Source of the DNA: Eledone cirrhosa
Taxonomy: Eukaryota
Direction of reading: 5' to 3'
DNA length: 64,000 nucleotides
NCBI GenBank assembly: GCA_964016885.1
Contig: OZ024742.1
Span: 70,990,001 to 71,054,000, forward strand
How positions within the stretch are numbered: the first letter of the stretch is position 1; every line of letters begins with the position of its first letter. The notes below the pieces were generated by a model, which searched no databases, was not told the origin of the DNA, and worked only from the letters and a program-made list of their open reading frames with translations. Shown one piece after another: positions 62,229 through 64,000 of this stretch. The position numbers were made by a program, and so were the translations under genes.

Positions 62229-62932
62229 CATTGGAGAATATTCTATTTCTTTCCCACCTTTGTAAATCATCCACATTCAAGGCCTCCATCTCATTACCAT
62301 GCAGCCTCTCACTTGGTATCCAGCAGCATACAATCTGAGAAGCTACCATTGTTAGTAAAAATTTTAGAAGCCCCTTCAATGTTTTCTACCCTGACTTTAT
62401 ACTGTTATTCATCATCATCATCATCACCGTTTTACGTCCGTTCTTCCATGCTAGCATGGGTTGTGTTATTATATTTTTAATACACTCACTGTCCACTAAT
62501 TAGGTCACCTAGATAGGAAAAGCTATCAACTATGTCTAATGAGTCTTTAAGGTAGTTGATGGAATTTATTTCTTGTGTAATCTTACTTTTTACTACTCTT
62601 GTACATCTACCATATATTAAATCTATCCATTACACCTTTTGTGTATCTACCATATATAAAGACTACCTTCTCTACCAGTTTACTGGTGATTCCATTACAA
62701 TTCTTGTATATTCATCAGTTACACTGTGTATACCATTTTGAAATTCTACCTACTCTCGTTTTCCATGGTGAACATGGCCCTTTTCCTGATGGTAGCAGGA
62801 TCTTGTTTTCTTTCTTACTTAACTAAAACTTCAGTTTTTGCATAGTTTGAAGCCACTTGATTCTAAAAATGTTTAAAGAGTCAGCTATAAGAACTGTCTT
62901 CAGCATACTGGAATTTGCATGGATAGTCAGTC

Positions 62933-63161
62933 TTAATCCTTTAACATTCACATTACTCTATATTTACTATTGTATTTTCACGGTAAAGTCTTTACTTCAC
63001 ATAATTATCTCATATAATATCGAATCTACGAGATTTTGATGTTATTTATTTTGAGAACAATACCTTAATGTCGGTATGAGTGGCTGGTTATGGCTGGTTT
63101 GAACAGAAAGAGGTGAGGAAATTCTGGCCGGATACGGCCGATTTAAATGCTAAAGGGTTAA
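62933..63161. mobile_element. piggyBac-type MITE (~229 bp) with TTAA target duplication
   Basis: TTAA-tcctttaacatt ... aatgctaaaggg-TTAA; the TIRs match at 10/12 positions and there is no ORF. Confidence 0.75.
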
Positions 63162-63582
63162 ACTCCTGTTTTTGGCCTGCAAGACTAATAAGTAAGAAGC
63201 TGCTGAGAACTGTGCTTCTGTATATGGTTTATATAACCCTTGCAAGCCATTTATCTACCCCTAACTTCCTTGCTGACTTCCAGATTACAGATTAATTGCC
63301 AGGTATAGAAGCTGACAATATATATTCATCACTGTTTTTGTCTACCAAAGACATTGATAGACTTGAGGTTACAGTAAAAGGCATTTGCACAGTGGGGTGG
63401 AACTCAAAACCTTATAAGATTGCTAAGTGAACTTCATAAACACACTTCTATCAAAACTCTAGTCCTGTCTTTGTGCTGATGGTGTATGTGTTAATTAGTC
63501 AATGTTGAAAGTTCAGTATTTAAGCTTTTTTTAATTTGTAATTTATTTTATTACAAGAAAATATATTTTTATTTATTTTCAG

Positions 63583-63701
63583 AACATCGAGCTGCCTTAA
63601 TAAATAGCTCTGCGGATTCTTTAGAGAAAGTAGCAGCACTATTTGAAAAAGTTGTACAAAAGTTCCCAAATTGTATTGAAGCTAGGATCAAATATGGGCA
63701 A
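63583..63701 (+). CDS. TOMM70: TOM70-like coding exon 7 in window; the gene continues beyond the window
   Basis: ttttcag acceptor, gtgagt donor at 63702. (E)HRAALINSSADSLEKVAALFEKVVQKFPNCIEARIKYGQ (compare FEEVIKKFPRCAEGYALYAQ). Phase 1 in, phase 0 out. Confidence 0.87.
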
Positions 63702-63814
63702 GTGAGTTGTTGGGGTTTTTTTTTTTACGTTCTTATTATTTTTGCTTAGAGCAGAGTACAAAACATAACAAATAGACTTCAATTGGTATTTTTGAGAATG
63801 TTCTTGATTGCTTT

Positions 63815-63940
63815 TTTTAGGCTAATTGCTTCTCACAAGTGACCAGCTTGTTGGAAGGGACATATTAACTGTCTGACAGTCTTTTAGGCCAATTACTTCC
63901 CACAAGTGACAGGCCTGCTGCGGGAGAGATATACTACTTG
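63815..63940. repeat. Degenerate tandem duplication, ~67-bp period
   Basis: taggctaattgcttctcacaagtgac versus taggccaattacttcccacaagtgac. Confidence 0.6.
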
Positions 63941-64000
63941 CTGGTGGAGGTGTCACCACATTTCTGGTAACAGGAAGTAGGATTTGAATTCAGAACCCCC

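Overview
Eukaryotic, AT-rich genomic DNA, most likely an octopus or other cephalopod (inferred from my recollection of the SINE/MITE families; not verified by a search). The window covers seven consecutive + strand coding exons of a TOM70/TOMM70-like TPR gene. The splice phases chain correctly, and both gene ends lie outside the window. The introns hold a decayed mariner transposon, a decayed L1/Tx1-clade LINE, a 5'-truncated CR1-like LINE, SINEs, MITEs and several minisatellites. The dominant feature is a ~43.9 kb array of ~1,130 copies of a 39-bp unit that fills one 44.3 kb intron. The array has irregular higher-order structure and looks derived from a SINE segment. It is open as a single 14,478-codon antisense ORF, (MTGFFSFCLLNTH)n. 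That ORF may be a by-product of the repeat, but the variant pattern is worth testing. No prokaryotic features are present.
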